From positions 64,417-96,941 of the IMG/VR virus record IMGVR_UViG_3300007516_000010: DNA of 32,525 nt, one strand, 5' to 3'. The translations under genes were made by a program, and so were the position numbers. The notes beneath the pieces are model-generated. The model had not been told where the DNA came from, searched no databases, and saw only the letters and a program-made list of their open reading frames with translations. Below are positions 9,035-17,672 of the stretch, piece by piece. Source of the DNA: a virus. Position 1 is the first letter of the stretch; each line of letters begins with the position of its first letter.

Positions 9035-9064
9035 AGCGGCGACAAAATCGTTTTTGTCGCCGCT
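9035..9064. repeat. dispersed palindrome copy 3
   Basis: Identical to copy 2 over 33 bp (TAGCGGCGACAAAATCGTTTTTGTCGCCGCTGT); upstream of thyA. Confidence 0.95.
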
Positions 9065-9096
9065 GTTTCTTTTAAACTACTCAGGAGAATCAGCAC

Positions 9097-9900
9097 ATGC
9101 GAGCCTATCTGGACTTGCTTGAAGACGTCATCACCAACGGCGAAGGCCACGCCGACCGCACCGGTGTCGGTACCCGGTCGGTGTTCGGACGGACTTTTCG
9201 TCACGACATGTCCGAAGGGTTTCCGATCCTCACTACCAAGAAGGTTGCGTTCCGCTGGGTAGCGGAAGAGCTGTTTTGGTTCTTGTCCGGCTCAACCAAC
9301 GCCAAAGACTTGTCCGCCAAGGGGGTAAGCATCTGGGATGAGTGGCAGCGAGAAGATGGCGATCTCGGTCCGGTTTACGGTAAGCAGTTCAGAGATTTCG
9401 GCGGCGTGGACCAGTTGCAAGTGTTCTTGGACCAGTTGATGTCCAACCCACAGAGTCGTCGGCACGTCATGACACTCTGGAATCCGGTCGACTTGCCTCA
9501 GATGGCGTTACCGCCGTGCCACGGGATTTCGATCCAGGCCAAGGTACACCAAGACGACAGCCTGTCGCTGATGATGACCCAGCGTTCAGCCGATATTTTA
9601 TTGGGTGTTCCCTACAACATCACGTCGTATGGCTTGTTCTTGTCGCTGCTCGGATGGGTGACCGGCCGCAAGACCCGCGAGCTGATCATCACGTTTGGTG
9701 ACCTCCATCTGTACAACAACCACGTCGAGCAGGCAACGACTCAGCTGAGTCGTACACCGCATGCGTTACCAAAGCTGGCTATCAAGTCGTCGTTACCGCA
9801 GGGGTCGCCGCTGGAGCGGTTGTTGTCGGTCAAATACGAACACCTAAACCTACGTGCTTACACGCATCATCCGCCGATCAAAGCCGACGTAGCGGTTTAA
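9097..9900 (+). CDS. thyA: thymidylate synthase
   Basis: DRTGVGT, FPILTTKKV, ELFWF, LGPVYG, ALPPCH (catalytic Cys), QRSAD..GVPYN, GDLHLY; AGGAG RBS. Confidence 0.97.
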   Translation: MRAYLDLLEDVITNGEGHADRTGVGTRSVFGRTFRHDMSEGFPILTTKKVAFRWVAEELFWFLSGSTNAKDLSAKGVSIWDEWQREDGDLGPVYGKQFRDFGGVDQLQVFLDQLMSNPQSRRHVMTLWNPVDLPQMALPPCHGISIQAKVHQDDSLSLMMTQRSADILLGVPYNITSYGLFLSLLGWVTGRKTRELIITFGDLHLYNNHVEQATTQLSRTPHALPKLAIKSSLPQGSPLERLLSVKYEHLNLRAYTHHPPIKADVAV

Positions 9901-9919
9901 CCAACAAAGAGGAGTAATA

Positions 9920-10315
9920 GTGGTAGAAAAACACGAACCGCTGCTACCGCAGTTAATCACCGTCGCAGCGGAGATGGGCCAGCAGCACACTGTGTTTAAT
10001 TTTTCGTTGACGATGATACACAGAGATCCTTTTGTGTCGGCCGTCGTTCCGCCCGAGTTAGCCGAAGCGGCGCTTTGGTATTCACGGATACACCGACTTA
10101 CGTGGGGCGAGCTGTTCTCGCAATTTGTCTTGCATTGGTTACGAACGGGACTGACCGCTAGCGACTACGTCGAGATAGAGCCGCGGCGAGGAAGCCTAGA
10201 GTGGTCATCGATTTATAGGCCGAAACACGCCTTAATCAGGGTCGAACCAGGATACGCCGCACCGAGAATTGCGATCGACATTGAAAGCGGTTTCCCGTCG
10301 GTGCAAGAGTTCTAG
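9920..10315 (+). CDS. hypothetical protein
   Basis: 131-aa ORF after GAGGAG. Confidence 0.65.
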   Translation: MVEKHEPLLPQLITVAAEMGQQHTVFNFSLTMIHRDPFVSAVVPPELAEAALWYSRIHRLTWGELFSQFVLHWLRTGLTASDYVEIEPRRGSLEWSSIYRPKHALIRVEPGYAAPRIAIDIESGFPSVQEF

Positions 10316-10340
10316 TAAGAGCTACTTGCGGTTAGTTTTT

Positions 10341-10390
10341 CTCAGGTGGTCAGAGCGGGCTACTATGGCTGAGTAGCCCGTCCACCTGAG
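10341..10390 (+). other. intergenic two-part stem-loop upstream of sulfotransferase
   Basis: CTCAGGTGG/CCACCTGAG enclosing CGGGCTACT/AGTAGCCCG. Confidence 0.7.
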
Positions 10391-10402
10391 AGAGACTGAT
10401 TA

Positions 10403-11158
10403 GTGCATCTTGAACCTATCTTCATCATCGGCGCCCAGAAGTGCGGCACGAGTACGCTGCATCACTGGCTGACCCGCCACCCTCAGATCGCAGGGGCTCG
10501 AGATCGCGATACATGTGTAGAGTACAAGGAGCCCGACTACTTTCACGGCTCGAACTGGGACCGTGGGTTTCAGTGGTATCAGAATCTGTTTACGGATGAC
10601 GGCCGGCGTCCGCTAGACGCAACGCCTGATTATTTCAGTCGCCCAGCCACGATTGAGTTGATCGCAGACAAGTTTCCCAGGGCCAAGTTTGTATTCTCGC
10701 TGCGTTGTCCGGTTCGCCGGGCGATTAGCGGGCACAATCATTACTGCCAGGGTTACCAGGATAATCCACTGCTGTGGGACTGGCGATGTCCTGGTGAATC
10801 GTTGGAGGCCAATGTGATGGCCGAGCAGACTAATCCCTTTCCTGCGTATGCCGGTTTGATCGGCAGAGGGATGTACGCCGCTCAGTTGCAAGAGCTCGCC
10901 AGGTTCTTCCCACGTGAGCAGATACTTGTGCTATTTATGGAGCAGTGGTCAAGCGACACCAGTACCGCTTGGCGGCAACTTAGTGAGTTTCTAGGGCTAC
11001 AGACTATACCTACACCTGAGATGGAGATTCAGCATGTGAGAAAGCACGACAGTGGTCCGGTATCCCCGGTGGCGATCGACCTGCTGACACAGGTTTACCG
11101 GCCAGCCAACGCGGAGTTGCAGCGTTGGCTAGGGGTTCCGCTGCCGGATTGGTATTAA
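10403..11158 (+). CDS. PAPS-dependent sulfotransferase (heparan-sulfate O-sulfotransferase-like fold)
   Basis: 5'-PSB loop IIGAQKCGTSTL, KEPDYF, DATPDY, 3'-PB motif LRCPVRRAIS, RGMYAAQL..FPREQIL. Confidence 0.92.
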   Translation: MHLEPIFIIGAQKCGTSTLHHWLTRHPQIAGARDRDTCVEYKEPDYFHGSNWDRGFQWYQNLFTDDGRRPLDATPDYFSRPATIELIADKFPRAKFVFSLRCPVRRAISGHNHYCQGYQDNPLLWDWRCPGESLEANVMAEQTNPFPAYAGLIGRGMYAAQLQELARFFPREQILVLFMEQWSSDTSTAWRQLSEFLGLQTIPTPEMEIQHVRKHDSGPVSPVAIDLLTQVYRPANAELQRWLGVPLPDWY

Positions 11159-11220
11159 TTCTTTCGCCGCGTCGATTAGCTTAGTCAAATCAGAGTTAAG
11201 TATCTTTAGAGGTAGTCACG

Positions 11221-11577
11221 ATGCAAGAACAGATTTCCGCAGTGGTTGTGTCCGACGAATCACTGCGATTGGCAGCTACATCGCCCGAGATAGCCGAGCC
11301 GGCGAGAGAGGTACTGCATATCATTGCCGCTGCGATCCGTGACATCACAGGTGAAGTTTGGTCAGTCCCGCCGCCTGGAAGGCATTACGACGTTATTCGC
11401 GAGATGCGTTTAGCTGGTTACACGGGGCCGGTGGCAGGATCGGACCAGCAAGGTTTTTTACTGAACGACGGACGGTTCTGCCGTCGGCAGGCAGCGTACC
11501 GTGTCGCCGAGCGAGCCAAGCAAATCAAAGACGGCGTAACTACGGGCCGGCATCTCACGACTGACGATCTCTGGTAG
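11221..11577 (+). CDS. phage hypothetical protein
   Basis: AAAIR...PPPGRH...QGFLLNDGRF...DDLW pattern common in phages. Confidence 0.8.
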   Translation: MQEQISAVVVSDESLRLAATSPEIAEPAREVLHIIAAAIRDITGEVWSVPPPGRHYDVIREMRLAGYTGPVAGSDQQGFLLNDGRFCRRQAAYRVAERAKQIKDGVTTGRHLTTDDLW

Positions 11578-11579
11578 AG

Positions 11580-11865
11580 ATCTGCCTCGTCGCCTTAATC
11601 ACGTGGGATGTTGGAAGCGGTTTTCTGCTGTCCTTCGAATTAGAGTAAGCTCCTTCCACGGTTAGTACTTGATAGGCAGCTGGGTACGTGTTTCTTCCCG
11701 GCTGCCGGCAGCTAGTGTGTGTGTGGACTGCGGTTACCGATACAGTAACATCGGGCGAGGACATCCTGCTCGTGCCAGTAGTCGATCGTCGGTAAAAACC
11801 CGATGAGCAGCTAGTTGTGGGAGCATCGCCGGCGGGATTTATCATTGGTCCCGCCGGCGATACCC
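11580..11865 (+). ncRNA. candidate structured non-coding RNA
   Basis: No convincing ORF; several stems including GGCAGCTGGG/CCCGGCTGCC and a 13-bp ATCGCCGGCGGGA/TCCCGCCGGCGAT hairpin. Confidence 0.45.
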
Positions 11866-11907
11866 GAATGTGTCAGTCAATCATCCTAGACGTTTCAGCG
11901 AGATTTT

Positions 11908-12204
11908 ATGTCCGAGCCGTTTACTTACTCCACGCCACAGAAAGTTTGGATTACCAAGCATGCCCTTGATGGCGGTGTCTACAGCGCTATGGCTGTGCTA
12001 GATATTCGCAAGGGGCACAAAATAGCGATCACCAAGTTCAAAACTAACTTCCCTCAGTTTTACCAACCAGGTGAATGGCAAGAGACGCTAGAGTCTGCGT
12101 TGCGGAAGGCCGAGCTTATGCGGGAGCAAAAGCTCAAATCACTGGTCAAAGTCATCTCGATCATTGAACAGATGCAGTTTAAAATCAAAGACGAGGTCGC
12201 CTAA
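11908..12204 (+). CDS. phage hypothetical protein
   Basis: KVWITKHAL...EWQETLESALRKAELMR pattern common in phages. Confidence 0.8.
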   Translation: MSEPFTYSTPQKVWITKHALDGGVYSAMAVLDIRKGHKIAITKFKTNFPQFYQPGEWQETLESALRKAELMREQKLKSLVKVISIIEQMQFKIKDEVA

Positions 12205-12229
12205 ATTACGCCCTAGGCGACTGACGTCG

Positions 12230-12261
12230 AGCGGCCTGTCGCATAGCCAGGCCGCTTTTTT
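12230..12261 (+). terminator. intrinsic terminator
   Basis: AGCGGCCTG/CAGGCCGCT stem followed by a T tract. Confidence 0.8.
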
Positions 12262-12289
12262 CGTTTCTACACCCTTTGCGGGAATAAAC

Positions 12290-13144
12290 ATGATTCGTTT
12301 GAAAGTTATTAAGTACTGCCTGAACATCTCCAAGCCAGGCGACGCAACTCAGTACGGTAGTATCCAGCGAACTTGCGAAGAGCTCGGCTACCGCAAGTTC
12401 GAAGTTTTTGCTCCGAGCTACCTTGCTAGCGAGACCCCCGACGCTGGAGAGATAGAAGAGCAGCATTTGTTCGAGTCGCAGTACAACCTTAGTGGTTACC
12501 GCGTGCACGACTGGTTTGAGTGCTACGAAGCGCACGCAAATAATAAACGGCGAGACGGATACTACCTCGTCGGTGAGACGGACGCAGACATACCCGCTCT
12601 GCGCAAGCTGCAGTCGCAGTCGCATCGCTGCGGTTACTGCGGGTACACCTACGTCGGCGACAACCCGCCCACTTTCTGTGACGACTGTCTAAGCAATGCG
12701 TACCTAGAGGACCATGAGCTGAGGTTGCTACGGCTAGTCTCGCTGTTGGAGATGCGGGAAACGTCTCTGCTCATTCCTCGCTCGATCAGGGAGCTACGCT
12801 GGTCGTCCTTGCGTCCGGAGCTATCGCCAGCGGAGCTAGACGAATTGCGTCCTCGCTACCAGCATCAGCAGCAACTTCGTTTGGAAAAAGTTCGGCAGCA
12901 GAAGATCGCAGAGAACCACGCCAAACAAGAGGCGGCTAGGCGAGATTGGTTAGTTGAAGACTGGCTGCTGCGTAACGGAATTAACACTGACAACGTGATT
13001 TACTACACACACACGGACGAGTGGTGCTGGGGCTGGCGTAAGGTGTTGACCATCCCGGAGAAGGAAGCACTCAGGACACACCTGCAGGCGATCTTCAGCG
13101 CTGAGTTGTTTGAACGTATGGTGTTCAAAACTTCGCCAGACTAG
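12290..13144 (+). CDS. hypothetical protein with CxxC-CxxC zinc ribbon
   Basis: CGYCG...FCDDC; start moved to in-frame ATG 12290, downstream of the terminator. Confidence 0.8.
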   Translation: MIRLKVIKYCLNISKPGDATQYGSIQRTCEELGYRKFEVFAPSYLASETPDAGEIEEQHLFESQYNLSGYRVHDWFECYEAHANNKRRDGYYLVGETDADIPALRKLQSQSHRCGYCGYTYVGDNPPTFCDDCLSNAYLEDHELRLLRLVSLLEMRETSLLIPRSIRELRWSSLRPELSPAELDELRPRYQHQQQLRLEKVRQQKIAENHAKQEAARRDWLVEDWLLRNGINTDNVIYYTHTDEWCWGWRKVLTIPEKEALRTHLQAIFSAELFERMVFKTSPD

Positions 13145-13180
13145 ATTGTCGGCATTAAGCTCAATACAAAAGGATTTTTC

Positions 13181-13546
13181 ATGGAAATTGACGTAACCCA
13201 GGTCGTGCAGGATAGGCAACAGTTTATGCGGTGGGACGACGAGTATGTTCGTCAGTACGTACAGCAGCGACCGCTGTTTAAAAACAGCCGAAAGCTGCTG
13301 GAGATGGTGCGAGAGTTCTGTGCTGAATCTGAGTTGTTCGACGTCGACGCTGCCTGGGAAGCGGATTATCAGGAGACGCAGGTTAACCTAGTAGAAGTGG
13401 TCATGTGCGATATACGTCAGCTGGTCAAAACCAATCAGCTGACGGAGCAGACGGTGATCGTAGCGGAATCAGCAGAATTCATCACTCAGGTCGATCAACC
13501 CGGTCATACACAGTTTGGCCGCTGGCTGGTGCAGCTGTTTGAATGA
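13181..13546 (+). CDS. hypothetical protein
   Basis: 121-aa ORF after AAGGA. Confidence 0.7.
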   Translation: MEIDVTQVVQDRQQFMRWDDEYVRQYVQQRPLFKNSRKLLEMVREFCAESELFDVDAAWEADYQETQVNLVEVVMCDIRQLVKTNQLTEQTVIVAESAEFITQVDQPGHTQFGRWLVQLFE

Positions 13547-13567
13547 GCAACTCCAAGGAAACAGGCA

Positions 13568-14338
13568 ATGGCAAGCGTGACATTTTTGGTGGTGGCGACG
13601 AATGCTTATTTACCGCTAGGTGTACGGCTGGTTAAGCGGTTCAACCACTTTTATCATGGCGAGGACGCCGTAACGATACACTTGCTTACGGACGAGGAGC
13701 TGGAACCGTATTTACCGCCAGGTAACTGGGCACGCGAGCGACGCATACACACTAACTGGGTGGAGGGCACCAGCTCGAAGTTTAAAGAGTTGATCACCTT
13801 GAGCCGGTCGTGCGACACAGAGTACCTTTACGTCCTAGACGCGGACACAAGCTTTAACCGCCCGTTTGATCTAAAGTGGTTACTTGGCGACACGGTAGCG
13901 TGTGAGCACTTTGGCAACCGCGACTGGATGGCCGACAACGATAAAAAGAATTACGAACGCAATCGTAAGTCGCTGGCATACGTTCCGTATGACACCCCCC
14001 ATCCTCAGATGTATTACATGGGGATGCTGATTGGCGGCAAAACCACGTGTGTTGAAGAGTTTTCGACCACAATGCTCGATTGGCAGACAGAAGATACTCG
14101 CACTGGCAATCCAGCTTGCGTGCAGGACGAGTCGTACATCAACAAGTATTTTCACGTGAATCCGCCGTCGCACGTGGTACCGACTGACGGGTTTCCTTGG
14201 GTTATCTCTGACAAAGGCGGTCTGGGAGAGACTCGCAACGTCAACTTGGGCGTCAGCCGGGTCAAAGCTGTCCTGCAGGAATTTCGAGATCGTCCGTTGA
14301 TTGACATCAGAAATAACGTAGTTTCAGCCGTCAATTGA
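13568..14338 (+). CDS. glycosyltransferase family 6 (ABO/alpha-1,3-Gal(NAc)T-like)
   Basis: VATNAY, LLTD, DxD motif (DAD), YERNRKSLAYV, YYMG..IGG, QDESYINKYF. Confidence 0.88.
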   Translation: MASVTFLVVATNAYLPLGVRLVKRFNHFYHGEDAVTIHLLTDEELEPYLPPGNWARERRIHTNWVEGTSSKFKELITLSRSCDTEYLYVLDADTSFNRPFDLKWLLGDTVACEHFGNRDWMADNDKKNYERNRKSLAYVPYDTPHPQMYYMGMLIGGKTTCVEEFSTTMLDWQTEDTRTGNPACVQDESYINKYFHVNPPSHVVPTDGFPWVISDKGGLGETRNVNLGVSRVKAVLQEFRDRPLIDIRNNVVSAVN

Positions 14339-14344
14339 TCCCGG

Positions 14345-14372
14345 GCGGCGACAAAATCGATTTTGTCGCCGC
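14345..14372. repeat. dispersed palindrome copy 4
   Basis: Perfect 28-bp GCGGCGACAAAATCGATTTTGTCGCCGC, 6 nt after GT6 stop. Confidence 0.95.
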
Positions 14373-14483
14373 ACCGCTTATTCGGTCTTACCTGGTGGCA
14401 GCGGGCAAAGTTTGTAGCCCTTCGGCCCGCGGGTATGGTGACTTGCTGGTAGCTGACCGGCGGTGCATCATCAGAGGCGGACA

Positions 14484-14939
14484 ATGCAAGATAAAACAAG
14501 GCTACTGAAGATGAGCGATCTTAAGCTAGCGGCCGCCATGGACGCTGAGCTGTTCGACGATTCGTGGACATCCGAGGACTTCAGCCAGTATATCGCTGAT
14601 CATACGTGCAAAATCATCGGCACCTTTCGTGACCGCAAGTTGGTGGGGTACGCCTGCGTCGCGTTTTACGGCCGCCGCATCGCCATAGACCGGCTGTGTA
14701 TTAACGACGGCGACGACGACGATCCAGCGACCGTCAAATTAATCGCCGCGATGAAGCAGATTCTTCCTGCCGGCGGTCAGGTACGCCTGGAGATCGAGGT
14801 CCAGCTGGAGGACAGTGATACGCTCGCTCTGTTCAAAGCAGACGGCTTTGTTGCGCGGCCCTGGGCGAATGGCAAGTATGTGCATCCCAGAACCGAACAG
14901 GTCAGACTTTGTTATCTTCCCGCTGTCACGCCACTTTAA
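14484..14939 (+). CDS. GNAT/RimI-like acetyltransferase-fold protein
   Basis: DLKLAAAMDAELFDDSW, LVGY, IDRLCI, LEIEV, ALFKADGF; acetyl-CoA-binding motif A looks degenerate. Confidence 0.7.
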   Translation: MQDKTRLLKMSDLKLAAAMDAELFDDSWTSEDFSQYIADHTCKIIGTFRDRKLVGYACVAFYGRRIAIDRLCINDGDDDDPATVKLIAAMKQILPAGGQVRLEIEVQLEDSDTLALFKADGFVARPWANGKYVHPRTEQVRLCYLPAVTPL

Positions 14940-14956
14940 GTAACGAGAAAGTCCAG

Positions 14957-15622
14957 ATGATTAACACAGACCCAGTTGCAACGACGAACACGACAGAACT
15001 GCCACGCACTGTTTACGTCGCCGGCCCGATGCGAGGCATCAAGTATTTCAACTTTCCAGAATTCGATGCAGCTAAAGCTAAACTCGAAGCTGCAGGGTTC
15101 AACGTCATATCGCCGGCCGATTTAGACCGAGAGGCTGGGTGCAATCCAGGCAGCTTTCATGCGGACTACGACTGGACCGACTTAGCCGCGTGCGGCTTTT
15201 TGCTTTCCGATGCTATTGACCGTGACATTGAGGCCCTCAAACGCTGCGATGCGATTTACATGCTGCGTGGTTGGGAGCGGTCCAAAGGGGCGAAAGCTGA
15301 GAAAGCGTTAGCGGAATGGATAGGGCTAGAAGTCCTCTACCAGGAATCTGAAGACATTCTCGAAGAAGCACTGCGGATCACCCGGGGCGACCGCAACAAC
15401 GATTACGGGCATCCTTTCGACGACTTCACCAAGACCGCCAAGATGTGGTCGGCGATTCTAGGTGTGACTGTTGGGCCGGAGCACGTCGCGATGTGCATGA
15501 TTTGCATCAAGCTCAGCCGGCAGTGCAACTCACCTAAGCGAGATAACCTGGTCGACGGGGCCGGCTACTTCCGTACGCTGGACCTGGTCGTGAACCACCC
15601 TGACTGGAAACCGGTCCTGTAG
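14957..15622 (+). CDS. DUF4406 (nucleoside 2-deoxyribosyltransferase-like) fused to DUF6378
   Basis: VYVAGPMRG..FNFPEF...CDAIYMLRGWERSKGAKAE, then ILEEA..ITRGDRNNDYG...KRDNLVDGAGY. Confidence 0.88.
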   Translation: MINTDPVATTNTTELPRTVYVAGPMRGIKYFNFPEFDAAKAKLEAAGFNVISPADLDREAGCNPGSFHADYDWTDLAACGFLLSDAIDRDIEALKRCDAIYMLRGWERSKGAKAEKALAEWIGLEVLYQESEDILEEALRITRGDRNNDYGHPFDDFTKTAKMWSAILGVTVGPEHVAMCMICIKLSRQCNSPKRDNLVDGAGYFRTLDLVVNHPDWKPVL

Positions 15623-15656
15623 TCTGTGTCAGTGATTCGCGTTCAATCTTTATTCT

Positions 15657-15944
15657 TTGCGGAGCGATCCGATGCGAGTACGGGATGCGGTAATTCGTGC
15701 AGACCGGGCCAGAGCCCGCTGCCAGTCAGCAGGCCGTAACAGGCCTTTCTACCGTCGACAGGCAAAGCGAGCTGAACGGCGACTGGGCCAGGCGATCATC
15801 CGGGAGTCGCTTGTCGAGCTTGACGGCGATGCGGTCCATCGCCGGATAGTGTTTAATGCGGCCGTCACCCGGCGGTCGACAATCTTGCAGAACGACTTGT
15901 GGTTGTTCATCGAATGCTTAAATCACCCCGGCGACGTGATTTAA
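15657..15944 (+). CDS. hypothetical Arg-rich protein ending at the attC-array junction
   Basis: 95-aa ORF whose stop TAA overlaps the AAC of attC-like site A. Confidence 0.45.
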   Translation: MRSDPMRVRDAVIRADRARARCQSAGRNRPFYRRQAKRAERRLGQAIIRESLVELDGDAVHRRIVFNAAVTRRSTILQNDLWLFIECLNHPGDVI

Positions 15945-16016
15945 CGTTCAAAATCACCGTGACCCGGCGGATGATTTCCAATTTCAATAAACCGTAGTCC
16001 GGGTCTGCGGTGCATT
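15939..16016 (-). mobile_element. attC-like site A (degenerate R'' end)
   Basis: 15943-16016 identical to 17677-17750; minus-strand R' reads GTTAAAT; R'' end disrupted (GCATTGTCTGC vs GCATTTTATGGTTCTGC on +). Confidence 0.75.
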
Positions 16017-16283
16017 GTCTGCTGACCAGTTGAAGCTGTCGACGCACTTCATGGTTTTGTTCTTGCCGTTTACTGGTAGCGTGTAAAGGGCATAGGTTAG
16101 TACAGTTTCAGCACCGACTTTTATCAGTTCATGGGAGTCATTGATGGTTAAAGCAACGCAGTTGACAAGCGGATTACCGCGAGGAAGCGGTAACGATTTC
16201 TTGATGCATCCTAAATCGGCTTCGATGGAGCTTATCTGCAAAGACAGCGATGGCAGTGTTTTGGGTAGTTCTGAGTTGGACAT
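15984..16283 (-). CDS. possible cassette ORF (minus)
   Basis: 99-aa ORF running into site A; overlaps a + ORF. Confidence 0.35.
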   Translation of the reverse strand: MSNSELPKTLPSLSLQISSIEADLGCIKKSLPLPRGNPLVNCVALTINDSHELIKVGAETVLTYALYTLPVNGKNKTMKCVDSFNWSADNAPQTRTTVY

Positions 16284-16431
16284 GCTTGAGTTCGATAACT
16301 TAGTTGAGTATTTAGTGCTGGCTTACGGGATATTACCGCTAGACTGCGTCAAGCGAACGTTGTTGGCTTTGGAGCGGCATGCGATGAGTCTTAATACAGG
16401 CGGCGTTTCAGTAGCAGAACGCCCGCGATAA
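16141..16431 (+). CDS. possible ORF ending inside attC-like site D
   Basis: 96-aa ORF; stop lies within the attC arm. Confidence 0.35.
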   Translation: MMVKATQLTSGLPRGSGNDFLMHPKSASMELICKDSDGSVLGSSELDMLEFDNLVEYLVLAYGILPLDCVKRTLLALERHAMSLNTGGVSVAERPR

Positions 16432-16505
16432 CCGGGCACGAAAGGTAAAATTATGAGTTCAGATAAAGATCAACAGAGTGCTCCGCGTTCATCGGATGGT
16501 TCTGC
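16414..16505 (-). mobile_element. attC-like site D
   Basis: Minus strand: GCAGAAC-CATCC-GATGAACGCGGAGCAC...GTGCCCGGTTATC-GCGGGC-GTTCTGC, 92 bp. Confidence 0.8.
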
Positions 16506-16707
16506 TCCGGGTGCGGTAGCGGGCGAGCAGCAAGCATGTACGAGCCTGCCATTTTCAGAGTGGCTAGGCGGTGAAGCCATTACGCCGGAAGAGGCATCGG
16601 ACAGAACGGGGTTACCAGTCAGCTTCTTCAACAATACATGGAGAGACGACCCGGATTACATTGCCAAGTATGTGACTCCGTACGAGAAAACGTCAGAGAC
16701 GGTTTAA
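16453..16707 (+). CDS. hypothetical protein initiating inside attC-like site D
   Basis: AAAGG RBS and ATG in the attC loop; ITPEEASDRTGLPVSFF resembles an HTH fragment. Confidence 0.55.
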   Translation: MSSDKDQQSAPRSSDGSAPGAVAGEQQACTSLPFSEWLGGEAITPEEASDRTGLPVSFFNNTWRDDPDYIAKYVTPYEKTSETV

Positions 16708-16952
16708 GTCGAGGCATCTTCAGATGGGAACATCACTATCAGCAGTCCGTCAGAGGATTGATTGATAGCTGCAGTATCGGGAATCCTGTATTCCGACACT
16801 AAAGTCGATCCTTGCGACGTTTACGCAAATAATTTGCCGTCGCGTTTGACTACTCGACAATCGTGCCAAGGGTCTGGACTGCCAGTGATATGAAGCTTGA
16901 CACTTCCAGCATTCAGCAGGTCTTCTTCCGATGTGTTACCGTGGTATTGCAT
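16704..16952 (-). pseudogene. cassette gene with premature stop
   Basis: MQYHGNTSEEDLLNAGSVKLHITGSPDPWHDCRVVKRDGKLFA*TSQGSTLVSEYRIPDTAAINQSSDGLLIVMFPSEDAST*; internal TAA at 16821-16823; ATG 18 nt after the R' box of site C. Confidence 0.55.
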
Positions 16953-16970
16953 GTGTCTTCAGTTTCAGCA

Positions 16971-17059
16971 GCAGAACGTTAACGATCAGCGGTCGACCGT
17001 CGCTGATTCTTCAATTCCAAGCGGATGATCGGTCGCTCCGTTGCGTCGCATGGTTCTGC
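16971..17059 (-). mobile_element. attC-like site C
   Basis: Minus strand: GCAGAAC-CATGC-GACGCAACGGAGCGACCG...CGGTCGACCGCTGATC-GTTAAC-GTTCTGC, 89 bp. Confidence 0.82.
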
Positions 17060-17429
17060 TCCGCGTGGAGTGGGGCCGGGGAGAATTAGAGATATGGTTG
17101 AATCTACTGAGAAATCGATTCTCGATCCGAATCCGGAAGTTCCGTACAATTGCATTGTGGGCGAACCGTTGCCAGGTGTTAGTGGGCTAGAGTGGCAGGA
17201 TGAGAGCCTTCTTGAGTCTGGTCAAACAGGCTTTTACTTAGTTTACAGCCCAAAAACTCACCAAATCCTCTTTACGCATTTAGTAGGTCCACAAGACCTA
17301 ACAGTGTTACGCGTAGGTGATCGTGACCAGGGTTATCGTCTGCTTGGACCGTTACCCAAGCCGCCGGTATATTTTTGCCCGGGAACAACCAACGGACTTG
17401 ACATCGACCCTAACTGGCACTGGGAGTAG
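17025..17429 (+). CDS. phage-type hypothetical protein; frame opens inside attC-like site C
   Basis: GFYLVY...LLGPLPKPP; alternative start ATG 17094 after GGGAG. Confidence 0.6.
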   Translation: MIGRSVASHGSAPRGVGPGRIRDMVESTEKSILDPNPEVPYNCIVGEPLPGVSGLEWQDESLLESGQTGFYLVYSPKTHQILFTHLVGPQDLTVLRVGDRDQGYRLLGPLPKPPVYFCPGTTNGLDIDPNWHWE

Positions 17430-17649
17430 CGTTATCAATGCACTGTTTCGCTTCAGCTTCCGTGTTGAAAATTAGTGTGCTTTCGACAACGACTTTCGAC
17501 CATGTATCGGACCTTCCCCAAAACATCGCAGGAATCTGTCTGTAAGTCACAGGTGACTCAATAGATCCATGCTCAATCGCTTTGCTTGGCACTGAGGTAG
17601 GATCTGACACGATTACCCATTTATTGTCTCGAAGTTTAAGCGGCTTCAT
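17410..17649 (-). CDS. cassette-encoded hypothetical protein
   Basis: ATG 17649 just downstream of site B R'; MKPLKLRDNKWVIV...FNTEAEAKQCID. Confidence 0.55.
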   Translation of the reverse strand: MKPLKLRDNKWVIVSDPTSVPSKAIEHGSIESPVTYRQIPAMFWGRSDTWSKVVVESTLIFNTEAEAKQCIDNATPSAS

Positions 17650-17672
17650 AAGTGGTTTCCCAGTCTCAGGTA

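Noticed and set aside
9097-9900. thyA as a dCMP hydroxymethylase for DNA hypermodification
   Set aside because: It has canonical PPCH and RSAD..GVPYN with the dUMP-specifying Asn, so it looks like an ordinary thymidylate synthase.
14383-14459. Possible structured leader before the GNAT gene (CGGTC/GACCG, GCGGGC/GCCCGC)
   Set aside because: The stems are short and expected by chance at this GC content.
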